A DNA stretch of 64,000 nucleotides from Syncephalis fuscata S228 (lineage: Eukaryota; Fungi; Zoopagomycota), in the NCBI GenBank assembly GCA_025786725.1, contig JAHLTZ010000006.1, forward strand, positions 62,001-126,000, read 5' to 3'. The notes beneath the pieces are model-generated. The model was not told the DNA's origin. It did not search any database and saw nothing but the letters and a program-made list of their open reading frames with translations. A program made the position numbers and the translations under genes. This document shows, piece by piece, positions 1-12,855 of this stretch. The stretch's first letter is position 1. The number at the start of each line of letters is the position of its first letter.

Positions 1-189
1 TTGCAGCAGCTGTACCGGTCAATACGAAAATACCAGTACCAATAATGGCACCGATACCCATTCCGGTAAGCTGGATAGCTCCAAGCGATCGAACAAGGTC
101 GCCATTATGTGCTTGAGCTGCAAGATCGGCCAGAGACTTTCTGGTAGCAAGTTTTCTGCCAACAATACGAGTTTCTCTGAAAATGTCAT
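1..189 (-). CDS. APC-superfamily (CAT-type) amino-acid permease, paralog 1; 5' part only, runs off the window edge; apparent 1-bp deletion near 168-170
   Basis: Near-identical to the 5' ends of paralogs 2 and 3 (SLADLAAQAHNGDLVRSLGAIQLTGMGIGAIIGTGIFVLTGTAA). The ATG at 189-187 is one base out of frame with the conserved part and the segment is 1 nt shorter than in paralog 3. Confidence 0.85.
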
Positions 190-2001
190 ATAATTTTAAA
201 AAATAAATCACCGTTATAGAATATACGTAAAAGGTGGCATAAGATAGAAAGATACGGGTTTGGATAGTGTGGTGTAGCTTTTAGTAAATCAATCAACGTT
301 TAAAGCAGTAGGTTAGACTTGAGAAAGCTAAGATTTCAACGGTGCGATTCAAATAACACAGCAATATAACAATTATATGGAGTGGCAATTTAGAGCAAAA
401 AGCGGTATGACAATGTGAATAAACGTAAAAAACTTAGCAGTACGAAGTGGCCGTAGTGATTGAAGAAGATAGGTTCGCATTAGTACTATGTAGAAAGCTA
501 TAAACGCCAACGCATATCACAGCTTTATATTGTTTTCGAAACAAATCATACCGCCATTAGACAGTCCATGGCGTGATCAAATAATTTATGACGCGATTAG
601 TTCATGGCCCCATTATTTGCCGATGGCTGGGAATAAATCGTTATCTGACTGGCTGTGTAATGACAAACCAAGGCAAACTACACGTCGTTTACTAAAGTTA
701 ACACCGTCATGAAATGTATATTTTTAAATTATCATAGTATTTAAATCATGATAAGCATGATATCGAAATACAATGAGATAGAATTCTGAGATACTATGGC
801 GTTTAATATAATCGGTAATCCTAATTACAATAGCCGTGATTTAAAACAACATTCATTATTAATACTATAAAATTGCTGACGATCTCTACTAAACCTTTAC
901 TACAAAAGTAACGTTGATTAAATAAAGTAGTAAATTGTATTTAGCGCATCACAAATGACAACAACCTTCATTAATGGATAATAATAAAACTTGTTTTTAA
1001 AGAAATATATACCCGCTGAGAATTTATCTTTCAACTTTGGGGACTGAGCAAAAATATTACAAAGTCATGAGAATAAATTTAATTTCTAGAAGCATTTTTA
1101 CGGTCCAGACTTTTAAAAGACATATCAATATAATGGCAAATATGGCTAAGGCGACAGCAAGTGCATCACCGCATTCAATGGGTGTTCTATACTTATAATT
1201 AATAAGCATAGCAACACGCCATGTGACTAGTTTATTCACTCATATGTCGTCATAAATTGCATAATTTAACGATTAAAGTGGCTGAATATTGTTTTAGTTA
1301 TACGGCTGCTCATTAAAGCGAAAAAACACAACAATAATAATGCTGATTAAATTTAATGTTAATATTAGTTACTTGTTAACATCTAATTGATACATAAATA
1401 GTCATAATTGCCTATTATTTTAAACACATTTTTACCCATGCAAACTAAAAGCGCTACATAAAAAAGCAAAAATGAAACGGCGCTCAACTTTCATTATTGA
1501 TAGTCATTTATCATTCACGTAATACAATATTATGAATATTAAAATTATTTTATTATTCAATAAACAATTATAATTATTTTATTTTACCTTCTTTTGGTTA
1601 CAAGAGCTGATTGGTTTATTAGTTGAGCCTGCTGTAATTGACAACTAATAAAGAGAAAATGTATTTACACAATTAACAAGTCAGAATGTCTTGTATTAAA
1701 ATAGGTACACATCTTTAGTTAATTAACCACTAGTAAAATAAGTAAGGCGCAGTCAAAGTAATTACCACTTGAATAATTGGTTATAGTATAAATGCATATG
1801 TAATAAATTGTAAGATTATTTATTTGAGCGAGTAATTTGTTGAATTTTTAAATAATTGAGCCTAATGATCTACTATTAACAACTAGTTGAATATGTGATA
1901 AAAATTAGTCAACTAAATTTCAAAACTAATAATTATTTAAATAAAATAATTTAGATATATATAATTCATATGTTATTTATTTACTTGCAATGGGATATAA
2001 T

Positions 2002-3578
2002 TTAATGCTGTTCAGTCATACCACGTTCTGCCTGATGAGTGGCAGCAACATCTTTCTCTTGGTTCATTTCGGCAAATGGATCGCTGTTGCGTCCAACCAT
2101 GTCAACTGGACGACGTTCTGGATGATTAATGTATGAATGACGATATCCATAAGCGAAGTATATAACAATACCAACAGCCATCCAAATAAACAATCGTTCA
2201 ATTGTTGGAATGGTAGCTGTACAAATTAATCCAAGTGATAATGCTGCGCCAATGCCTGGAATAATAAACGGCCCACCTGGTACTTTGAAACGGCGTTGGA
2301 GATCCGGCGCAGTATATCGCAAAATGATTACACCGATATTGACTAGGAGAAAGGCAAACAATGTACCAATTGATGTCATTTCACCGAGAACATCAATAGG
2401 CAATACACCGCCGGCAACAGCACAAATAACACCAGTAATAATCGTAATAACATATGGTGTGTGGAATTTAGGATGGATTTTAGCAACAAACTTGGGGAAT
2501 AATCCGTCGTTGGCCATGGCGTAGAAAATACGAGGTTGTCCCATCAACATAATTAACATTACAGACGTTAAACCAGCAATGGCACCAATGTCGATAATAA
2601 TGACAAGCCATTTCCAGCCCAGTGCCTTTTCGATAGCATAGGTAAGTGGGTGAGCGGTGTTGAGTTCGTTATAAGGCAAAAGACCAACAAGAATGGCAGC
2701 GACAGCAATGTAAAGTACGGTGCAGACAACAAGAGAACCAAGAATACCAATTGGCATGTCTCGTTGAGGATTTTTGGCTTCTTGGGCGGCAGTTGATACA
2801 GCATCAAAACCGATATAGGCAAAGAATACCACGGTAGCAGCAGTGAAAATTCCCTTACCGCCATATTTGCCATCATCGGTACGTGGTGGAATAAATGGTG
2901 TATAGTAATCGCTATTAACCTTGCTGCAACAGGCAAAGATAAATAGCAAAATAACGATAAGCTTGATGACAACCATAGCAGCGTTGAATCGAGCTGAAGC
3001 CTTGATACCAACGACCAAAATTGCAGTAACTACCAATACAATTAAAACCGCAGGCAAGTTTATGTAATTGCCCGTAGCTATAAATGCTTGAGTATCTTGA
3101 TCAAAACGAACTGGTGCACTGATTAAATATTTGGGGAATGTTTGGCCAGACACGGTCTCTAAGAAGGATACGGTATAACCAGCCCAACCTACGGATACAG
3201 TAGCGGCACCAACAAGATATTCAAGAATTAATCCCAGCCAATGATCCATGCAAGGAATTCGCCCATAGTTGCGTAAGTGTACGTGTAGGCAGATCCGGCA
3301 ACTGGAATCATCGACGAGAGCTCAGAGTATGACAATGCTGCAAATGCGGCAGCAAGACCGGAAATGACAAATGAAATAATTACACCGGGACCGGCATAGT
3401 TTGCAGCAGCAGAACCGGTCAATACGAAAATACCAGTACCAATAATGGCACCGATACCTAAACCAGTAAGCTGGATAGCTCCAAGTGACCGAACAAGGTC
3501 GCCATTATGTGCTTGAGCTGCAAGATCAGCTAAAGACTTTCGAACAACTAATTTTTGAATAATATCACGAAAAGTCAT
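2002..3578 (-). CDS. APC-superfamily (CAT-type) amino-acid permease, paralog 2, intronless; split by a 1-bp deletion at ~3230 that is probably an assembly error
   Basis: ORFs 3228..3578 and 2002..3249 together are colinear with the intact 531-aa paralog. ATTAATCCC here versus ATTAAATCCC in paralog 3. Motifs GAIIGTGIF, GSAYTY, FFAYIGFD. Confidence 0.9.
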
Positions 3579-5026
3579 TATTTTAAATGGAATTAACCGC
3601 TAAAATAAGCATGAAAACGTAAAACGCTCAACAAAAGCCAATGTTTGGCTGGAAAGTGTGTTAAACAAGCGAGAAAAAACGTAAATACGTTCGCTAAATA
3701 AGTAGAAAAAATTGTCGAACGGAAAATAAGACAAGTCAATAATAGGGTGCTTGTGGCAAGATAGCAAGGATAGTGAATTATGATCTGCGTTTTGTTGCGA
3801 ACGAAATGCTGTGTATTTAAGAAAGCTCGGCATACAATTGATTCTTAAAAGAAGTTCTCGTTAGGTGTCACAGCAGTAAAGAGCAGTTTGAGATGCTATG
3901 GTACTGTATTCTCTGAATTAAGGCGTACTGTTTAAGCGTGACAATGACAAGCAAAATCGGCTATGTTTGTTGCCTAAAACTTGTATTAGTTGCAGTCACA
4001 ATTCCGCAACAATGTTATTTTTTGTTTAAAATTTATTGTTAACAAGTGCAATTCAGTAGTAGAAATACTAATTATAATGTATTCATTGACATTTGCCAAG
4101 TAAAACTAACCAACTAGAAATGGCTTTGCCTTTTTTGCCTATCTAGAAGCTATTACCTATCTAATCTGTAACAACACAACATCAAGCATTGTTGTTGAGC
4201 TTGTATATTTTATTACCGAGGCCTATCCATTACAAAGTTGGTAGAAAACAACCAATAGCCAAGCACGCCATTTAGCCGTTACACCTTCTAATGGAAAATT
4301 GCACTGTTTCCTATTGACTAAAAATAAACATGTGGTATACCAATTTGTGCGACAATTACCATTCAAGTATCTAATTCCAAATGACATGTCTATTGTAATG
4401 CATGGGTAATCACATAGTGTATACATCACCATGGATTTTCTTTGCATAATTGGGAAGAAAGTGTATAAACAAAAATATTTTAACAAAAATCTTATTGCTA
4501 ACGGCTTGAAAAGGCCAAATCATAGGCGTTACACTACAGTTTCTACGGCATAAGAGTCACTGCCTTTGCCGAGATTCCTGCACTGCTACAAGAATCTTCC
4601 AGATCAGAAGCCTTAGTATCACCGAAACAAGTTCGGTGAAGTCTTTTTTTGGAACAACCACAATAGCCGTAGAAACAAGGCAGTAAGGCTAACAAGTACG
4701 GTTACACGGATGGCGTGGCAACGTTATGCTAGAAGATCACATGAATGGTGCATTTGATAATTAGTGTATTCGTCTATTCGCCTGTTGTTACAATACCGAA
4801 CCACGCCCAGGTCATAGGCGAGGAGTGCGACATAAGTTGTGTTCAATAGCGTTGAATAGTTGACGCCATAATAAACTATAGTAAATAACATTTGCACAAT
4901 ATTGATAGTAGCCATAGTGATATTAGTCGTTTAATTATATTATAGTTAATGGGAAAACATGCGGAAAACACGTTATCAAAATTGTTATAGAACATAGCAA
5001 CAGTAGACATGTAAAGTATTTCAAAT

Positions 5027-6622
5027 TCAATACTTTGTTTCGGCAGTTGACGCTAATTCAGCCTCATGCATCTCTCGCGCCTTGTTATCATCAGGTATTT
5101 CTGCAAATGGATCGCTATTGCGTCCAACCATATCAGCTGGACGACGTTCTGGGTGATTAATGTACGAATTGTGATATCCATAAGCAAAGTATATAATAAG
5201 TCCAATAGCCATCCAAATAAACAATCGTTCAATTGTTGGAACTGTGGCCGTAGCAATCAGTCCAAGTGATAATGCTGCGCCAATGCCTGGAATGATAAAC
5301 GGCCCACCTGGTACTTTGAAACGGCGTTGAGTGTCTGGTGCAGTATAGCGTAAAATGATTACACCAACATTGACTAGGAAAAAGGCGAGCAGCGTGCCAA
5401 TTGATGTCATTTCACCGAGAACATCAATAGGCAATACACCGCCGGCAATAGCGCAAATAACACCAGTAATAATCGTAGTAACATATGGTGTACGATATTT
5501 AGGATGGATTTTAGCAACAAACTTGGGGAAAAGACCATCACTAGCCATGGCGTAGAAAATACGAGGTTGTCCCATTAACAAAATTAACATTACAGACGTT
5601 AAACCAGCAATGGCACCAATGTCGATAATAATGACAAGCCATTTCCAGCCCAGTGCCTTTTCGATAGCATAGGTAAGTGGGTGAGCAACATTAAGTTCGC
5701 TGTAAGGCAAAAGACCAACAAGAATGGCAGCGACAGCAATGTAAAGTACGGTGCAGACAACAAGGGACGCAAGAATACCAATTGGCATGTCTCGTTGAGG
5801 ATTTTTGGCTTCTTGGGCGGCAGTTGATACAGCATCAAAACCGATATAGGCAAAGAATACTACAGTGGATGCAGTGAAAATTCCCTTACCGCCATATTTG
5901 CCATCATCGGTACGTGGTGGAATAAATGGTGTATAGTAATCGGTATTAACCTTGCTGCAACAGGCAAAGATAAATAGCAAAATAACGGTAAGTTTTATAG
6001 CAACTATGGCAGCGTTGAATCTAGCTGAGGCTTTAATGCCAAACACTAAAATTCCAGTAATAACCAATACGATTAGCACAGCGGGCAAATTTATGTAATC
6101 GCCTGTAGCCTCGAATGCTTGAGCCTTCTGGTCAAAACGGACTGGTGCATTGATAAAGTGTGTTGAAAAAGTAGTCCCAGACACAGTTTCCAGAAACGAC
6201 ACCATATAAGCGGCCCAACCAACGGATACAGTAGCAGCACCAACAAGATATTCAAGAATTAAATCCCAGCCAATGATCCATGCAAGGAATTCACCCATAG
6301 TTGCGTAAGTGTACGTGTAGGCAGATCCGGCAACTGGAATCATCGACGAGAGCTCAGAGTATGACAATGCTGCAAATGCGGCAGCAAGACCGGAAATGAC
6401 AAATGAAATAATTACACCGGGACCGGCATAGTTTGCAGCAGCAGAACCGGTCAATACGAAAATACCAGTACCAATAATGGCACCGATACCTAAACCAGTA
6501 AGCTGGATAGCTCCAAGTGACCGAACAAGGTCGCCATTGCGCGCTTGAGCTGCAAGATCGGCCAGAGACTTTTTGGTAACAAGCCTTTTGCCAAAAACGC
6601 GGAGTTTGTCCGAAAATGCCAT
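5027..6622 (-). CDS. APC-superfamily (CAT-type) amino-acid permease, paralog 3, intact, 531 aa, intronless
   Basis: Single ORF with many hydrophobic segments; TM1 GAIIGTGIF, TM6 FFAYIGFD, AQEAKNPQRDMP, PRIFYAMASDGLFP. Confidence 0.95.
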   Translation of the reverse strand: MAFSDKLRVFGKRLVTKKSLADLAAQARNGDLVRSLGAIQLTGLGIGAIIGTGIFVLTGSAAANYAGPGVIISFVISGLAAAFAALSYSELSSMIPVAGSAYTYTYATMGEFLAWIIGWDLILEYLVGAATVSVGWAAYMVSFLETVSGTTFSTHFINAPVRFDQKAQAFEATGDYINLPAVLIVLVITGILVFGIKASARFNAAIVAIKLTVILLFIFACCSKVNTDYYTPFIPPRTDDGKYGGKGIFTASTVVFFAYIGFDAVSTAAQEAKNPQRDMPIGILASLVVCTVLYIAVAAILVGLLPYSELNVAHPLTYAIEKALGWKWLVIIIDIGAIAGLTSVMLILLMGQPRIFYAMASDGLFPKFVAKIHPKYRTPYVTTIITGVICAIAGGVLPIDVLGEMTSIGTLLAFFLVNVGVIILRYTAPDTQRRFKVPGGPFIIPGIGAALSLGLIATATVPTIERLFIWMAIGLIIYFAYGYHNSYINHPERRPADMVGRNSDPFAEIPDDNKAREMHEAELASTAETKY

Positions 6623-9338
6623 GATAATTTTAAGAGATAGAGCACCGTTATAGAATATACGTAAAAGGTGTCGTAAGATGGAGAGTTATGAGTTTGAGTA
6701 GAGTAGTGTAGCCTTTAGTAAAAGCTAATCAGTGGTTAACAGTAGGTTGGATTCAAGAAAATCAATATTCAACAATACAATTCGAATAACGTAGCAATAT
6801 AACAAGTAGGTGGAAATGACAATTTGGAACACAACGCGGATAGGATAGCGTGAGGTAGAACACGAATAGATTTGATGATATGGAATAGTGGTGGGGATAA
6901 AGGTCGAAGAAGGGAAGTTTGCAATCAAACTATGGATAAGATTTTAAACGCCAATGCACGTCACTGCTTTATATTGCGTCCAAGACGGCCCATAAAGCTA
7001 CTACTTGGCAATCCTTGGGAATGTGCGTTATCACATTTACTGCGTGATTACAATTCAATGCAAACTACGCGCCGTTTACTGGAGTTAACAGCGCCATAAA
7101 AGTCTGACTTTGAAGTCTGTGTTACCTAAAACTCAGACCACGGTAGGAATGGTGTTGGAATACAACAGAACAAAATTCCGAAACATGACGGCATTTCAAT
7201 ATGATAGGTAATCAGAGTTATGAGAGTTGTCATTTTAACAAACAAACACCGCTTAATATTAGTTTTGTAAAACCGCTGGGAATATTGTTTCTTCATGTTC
7301 GGAGACTGAGTGGAATATTGTAAATTCGTGAGAACATTTGATTGCTAGCAATATTGTCAACAAAGCTCATATCTTTCAAAGCCATATCATTATGACTGCA
7401 AATATGGCTAATATAGCGCCAAGTGTATCACCAGCATTCAATGGATGTTCTATAATTAGGTACTTTTGAATTTCAAGCGTTGATAAGACGTGCAGCAATG
7501 ACGTATAACGCCGAGAAATTTATAGAACGCCACACTATGTATCATGTGACATGGGGGCCATGCGTATTTTATTTCAATGCCGCAAATGTCTTAAAAAGAA
7601 ACCAAATTAAGTAGTCTGGCTTACAAACAAAACTCTGTGATTGGTTACAGACGGCTATAGATGAGAAATATTGGTTTAATCGCGTGCATGTGTCCAGCAA
7701 TCAATGCCCATCGAATAACTGCATAACTTGTATGTAACATCAGCATGGCAATACTATCTCCTATATACATAAACTTATCAGTAAATTGCCATTATACATT
7801 TAATAAGATTTAATCAATAGCATTGTACTATATTTGTTGTGTGGCAGACAAAACGAATAATTACATTTATTTGATATTAGTAAAAAAGTCATTATATGAG
7901 TATTACAGCCGATTTAGGAATGATGGGCATTTGCATATTAAGCATGCACATGACCAAATAAATTTCTAGGAGGTGCCCGATAATCGTTCTACAATTTTAA
8001 ATTTTATCAAAAAAACCAAACAATTAAAATTTGACAGATGACCATTGGTTTAACTAACCGAAACTATTGCACATTGACTTTCACATTTTTATTTATCCAT
8101 TTCACTTCTCAACACTTTTGAATACAATTAAACACTCATTCATTACTATAACATGTATAATATTGCATCAACATTAATTAATTAATGTTTAATTATCGAT
8201 ACAATAATGTAATTAAATATGCACATTGCAGTATTAGTTGAAGTTAAAATAACATTTAATAAAATAAAATGCTTTTTACACTGAATTGTTAAACATCTTT
8301 GCTGAAATGGTCTACAAGTGTAAAAAGAATAAAATAATTGCAATTATTGAATATAATTATTATAATATGCAAATGTGGTCAAGTAAACAGAAACAAGATA
8401 GAAAAGAAATAGATCATATAACAGTTTAATGTGCAGTATGACAAACAGGCAACAGAAGTAATGAGGAACGATATGGAACCAATTATATGGCTTCTATTAA
8501 TATTCGATCAATCTTTCTACACATGGCCAACAACAACAATAATCGGCCTCAAATGCTTCAAAGAAATTAAATAGTATGTTACTTTTTTATTTGAATCAAT
8601 TTATTAACAATATTTTAATAGAGGTAATATAGTTATGTTGTGCATAACAGTGCAACTCTGATTAAAACGAATTTTGTTTCGAGGGCTCAAATAGAAGAGT
8701 AAAAGTATAATTCAGTTAAATAAATCATATTACACAGCTAACAATTAACTAATTAACTACTATATATCTACGTATTAATTCAAGCAGATTTACATAAACT
8801 AAGAACGATGCATGCCACTTGTTACTGACAACGCAGGCACATTCCAGCTTTTATTCGTACACTGCCAAGCTCTTCAATACATAAGCGCTTATCAGTCCAA
8901 TTTGATTTGTATACAATATATTATGATTTGTCTTGTCCTTTCAAGTCACCAAGGTCAAAACTTTACAATTCACACAACGATATACCGAATAGCACACTTT
9001 ATCAAACAGGTATATTAGACTAATGGTAGTCTTCCTTCACAACTACTACCAACTGCAGCCTCATGCATTAAACGAATGATAGACCACGTGCTGATCCGTC
9101 TCTTCTTTAGCTGTTCCAGCCATCATCCATCGCCGTATACCAACTGTCTTTACTTTTACTCGGTATTTACTGTAGCCTAATACACTTTGAACCAAACTAT
9201 CCATTTTTATATACATTCGTTCTAACCTTTAATAGCCATTATCTAATTCCTACTGTCAAATATTATCATTGTGAATTGACCATTGCTGACATTCCTTTAT
9301 TAATTGTAGATAAACTATATCTTTTAACATAATTCAAT

Positions 9339-11667
9339 ATGACGACGCCAGAGATGACTGAGCGGCTAAAGCCGTCTATAGTTGACCTTCAATCAGTATC
9401 AATTAAGCCAAGCACATCAACGGCTCAGAGAAATCAATTAAAAAATCCGCTTCAAGTAAGCAAAAAATAATAAGGATTGTTTAATTTTGTTAACTTTATT
9501 ATAGGTTGTATTTCGCGATTTGCGATATTCAGTACCTTCTAGGGATCCGGTGACAAAAAAATTGGTTGAAAAGCCCATTTTAAAAGGGGTGACGGGCATT
9601 TTTAATCCGGGCCGATTAAGCGTTATTTTAGGTGCTTCAGGTGCCGGAAAATCCTCGTTACTCAACGTACTAGCGGGTGAGGTACACGAGGGTACAATCA
9701 GCGGAGAATTGCTTGTCAATGGCCAGCATGCTACGGGACGTGAACTTCGCAAACTTGCTGGTTATGTCTACCAGGAAGATATCGTATTTCCTACAATGAC
9801 AGTACGTGAAGCCATGATGATGTCGGCCACTCTCCGCATACCCACCACAGTTTCAGACGATGTTAAGCGCGAGCGCGTTAATGATCTTATATCGCTACTT
9901 CATCTGAACAAAGCGGCCGATACGCAAATTGGCGACGAACGCGTTCGTGGTGTTAGTGGAGGAGAAAAAAAACGCGTCTGTGTTGGCACGGAATTGGTCA
10001 CCAATCCTGGTGTTTTGTTTTTAGATGAGCCAACAAGCGGTCTTGATTCATTTACCGCCTATAGTGTTATGCGCTTTCTTAAACGCATTGCACGTACTGG
10101 CCGCACTGTTGTCGCTACAATACATCAACCATCTTCGGAAATATTTCATCTTATTGATGATTTAATGCTAATGGCAGTAAGTTAGCCGTAAATACGTCAA
10201 TAAACTACACTAATCAGCTGTTTTATTTTAAACATTAGGAGGGAAAGGCTTTATATTTTGGTCCTGCCGCTCAGTCTGTCGATTATTTTGCTACTCATGG
10301 TTATATATGTCCTCAGTACTGTAATCCGGCCGACTTTTTCTTCATGTCTATTCTTCATCAAATCAAATCGCCTAGCAATAGCTTAGTTGATATAGAGTCT
10401 CGTGAAAATGGAGCATTAACCGAAAATAGCACTTCTTTATCCACCAGTAGACAAAGTAATATAAATAAGCAAATTATAGTGGCGGTACAATCACCTACAA
10501 AAGGATCTTTGGATGTAACTTCAGTGGTAGATGATAAACAAAGACTGCATCAATTACTTGATTTATGGCCAACCACGCCAGAAGGACAGTTGCTCTATAG
10601 TCTGGTCAACGAACCTCGTCAAGATGGATTCACTCGCGAAAATGCAAAGTTTAAGAGTAGTTTTATAAATCAGTTTGCGCCAATGTTTAAACGTAATCTA
10701 AAAAATAGCATTCGCGATCCAAGTGTGATTGCCTTTAAACTATTACAGGTCATTTTGTTTTCATTGCTATTTGGTATGATTTACTGGAAAATTCCTAATC
10801 GTGATCAAGAGGCACAGATTCAAGTAAGTTATTAAAACTAGACACTAGCCGTGTAGTAATAGTAGCACTTTTTGGCCATTAGGATCGCTCTGGTGTTCTT
10901 TTCTTCTACGTTATTACATTGATTATGTCCAACGCCATGGGTAGGTTGTCTTGGCATACAAAGCCTTATATTGTTCTCTCTTTTTGCCTATTCTCATTCT
11001 TAATTATATAGCCATTCTTATGGTATTTAGTATTGAACGCGCCGTGTTTGAACGCGAAAATCATTCAGGACTTTATGGATTGCCGGCTTATTTTTTTTCT
11101 AAAATGGCCATTGAAATACCCATTTACGTTTCTATGCCATTTATTCTTGTAACGTGCACCTACTTTGTATTTGGTCTTCATCCGGGCGCGTCACATTTCT
11201 TCATCACAGCCTTAACTTGTGCCCTACTGGCCGGCCTCGGTATGTCCATTGGTTTAGTGGCAGCATCTTATTTCCGCCAACTTACCATTGCTCTATCGTT
11301 GGTGCCACTTTTCATCTTGCCCATGATGTTGTTTGCTGGTCTTTTCGTCAATCTTTCGGGTACACCATCGTGGATTCAATGGGTCAAATGGCTGTCACCA
11401 ATGAAATACGGCTTTGTTGCCTTGATGAAAAACGAGTTTGACGGTTTAACCATTGATTGTGGCACCAACGTTCCAGCAAGTCAATGTGTTCCACGTCCGG
11501 GATCAGCCATACTTGAATCGCTTGGTCTAGGAGACCAAGGTTCGCTTTGGATGAACATTGGAGTTATTGCAGGTTACTGGTTTATTCTCATGGTCTTTTC
11601 TTATGTCGGGCTATGGCGACTTGTACGTAGCCGCTCTGGACGCGGTGTTAAAATTGCTAGTAAATAA
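9339..11667 (+). CDS. ABCG (White-family) half-size ABC transporter, NBD-TMD, multi-exon
   Basis: ATG at 9339; intron 9456-9504 splices in frame to the 9520 ORF. Walker A GASGAGKSS, signature VSGGE, Walker B FLDEPTSGLD, TIHQP, FERE motif; C-terminal TMD ends at TAA 11667. Confidence 0.93.
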
Positions 11668-12029
11668 TGTTTTTATTTTCTATATTTTTGAATTTTTTAA
11701 ATAGCAGCTCAATCTTTATTAGACAATAAATATACAGCTAATAATATGGTAGTAGAATTAAAAATATATAATTGTTGTATATGAATAAATTTGATTATTT
11801 ACATATAAGTTAATTAGTTATATAGTCAATATTCAACGTTGTAACTCATGCTACTTACGCACAAAAATGTACATAACTATTGCAATTTTTCATTAATGCA
11901 CCCATTGGTAATAGAATCATGTACACTGTTATCTGTTATTAATTCATGCAAATTGATGACTGTAAAGTAATGTAAAATTCAATATATAGCACGATCACAT
12001 TATCTCTACACTATCTAAATATATCTATA

Positions 12030-12620
12030 TAACATGAATTGTCACTGTGAATTGGTATTTCTGCACATTAGCTTGTTATTATGTTTATTTTATCATCATA
12101 AAACGCTTCAAATTTATTTTAAACTAGATTTTATTTTTAATATTAGAATTTTTAAATCTATGTAATATGATTACTTTCTCGTTAACTATTTACACGAAAC
12201 TGTAAACTGTATTTTTGGTCAACTTTTATGGCAAAAACTATTGTTTTATTTCTTATACCAATCGGTATAACTAAGCATGGAGAACTTGAATCCAATCATT
12301 ATTTTGCCGTATTTTAATTATATATGTCATGAATGACTAAAAACTGCTATTTTTGTGCATTCATTAGTGTATTACTACAATTACTACATTATCACACAAC
12401 ACAATAACGGTATACTTTACCAATAGCTACCTATATGTTATGTGCATACTTGTGCAAAATATCAGGCAATTTTCTTGATTATACGCAAAGTTATACGTAA
12501 TATTATCAATTTTTTACTAAGTAAATAATTATTACTGCTTTTTAATTTACATTCCATTGGCTTTTATCATTTAGTTACACTATAATTATTCTTTTAAGCT
12601 GCATATAGCTATTATGAATT
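12030..12620. repeat. Diverged partial copy of the foldback element (matches ~58320-58900)
   Basis: Shared strings such as ATACCAATCGGTATAACTAAGCATG, CATGAATGACTAAAAACTGCTATTTTTGT and TTAGTGTATTACTACAATTACTACAT in colinear order. Boundaries approximate. Confidence 0.85.
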
Positions 12621-12855
12621 AATTAGTTTATGAAAATTAGTTATTGGTGTTGATATTTGATATATTACTGTTCTTAAAATCATTCACATATGGTACGTTG
12701 TTCAATCATATAGTGTAATTACTGGCCACACTGTTAAAAAAATATGGCCATAATACCAGGATTGTAACAACATATTAGGATATTATGCTTAAGCATTCTA
12801 CTAAATAGTGTTTATTTAGTTAATTACTTTACTATATATTAATAATAAATAAATC

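Noticed and set aside
530-712. Short ORFs 530..712 and 6872..7099 with similar C-termini (QTTRRLL.LT)
   Set aside because: Explained by homologous non-coding upstream regions of permease paralogs 1 and 3; the rest of the two ORFs does not align in frame.
3228-3249. Programmed frameshift or true pseudogene in permease paralog 2
   Set aside because: No slippery heptamer and no other decay; the same kind of 1-bp loss occurs in MTR4, so assembly error is more likely.
4619-4650. Hairpin TCACCGAA-ACAAG-TTCGGTGA followed by T7, resembling a bacterial intrinsic terminator
   Set aside because: It is on the strand opposite to the permease genes, occurs once and has no identifiable transcript; likely chance.
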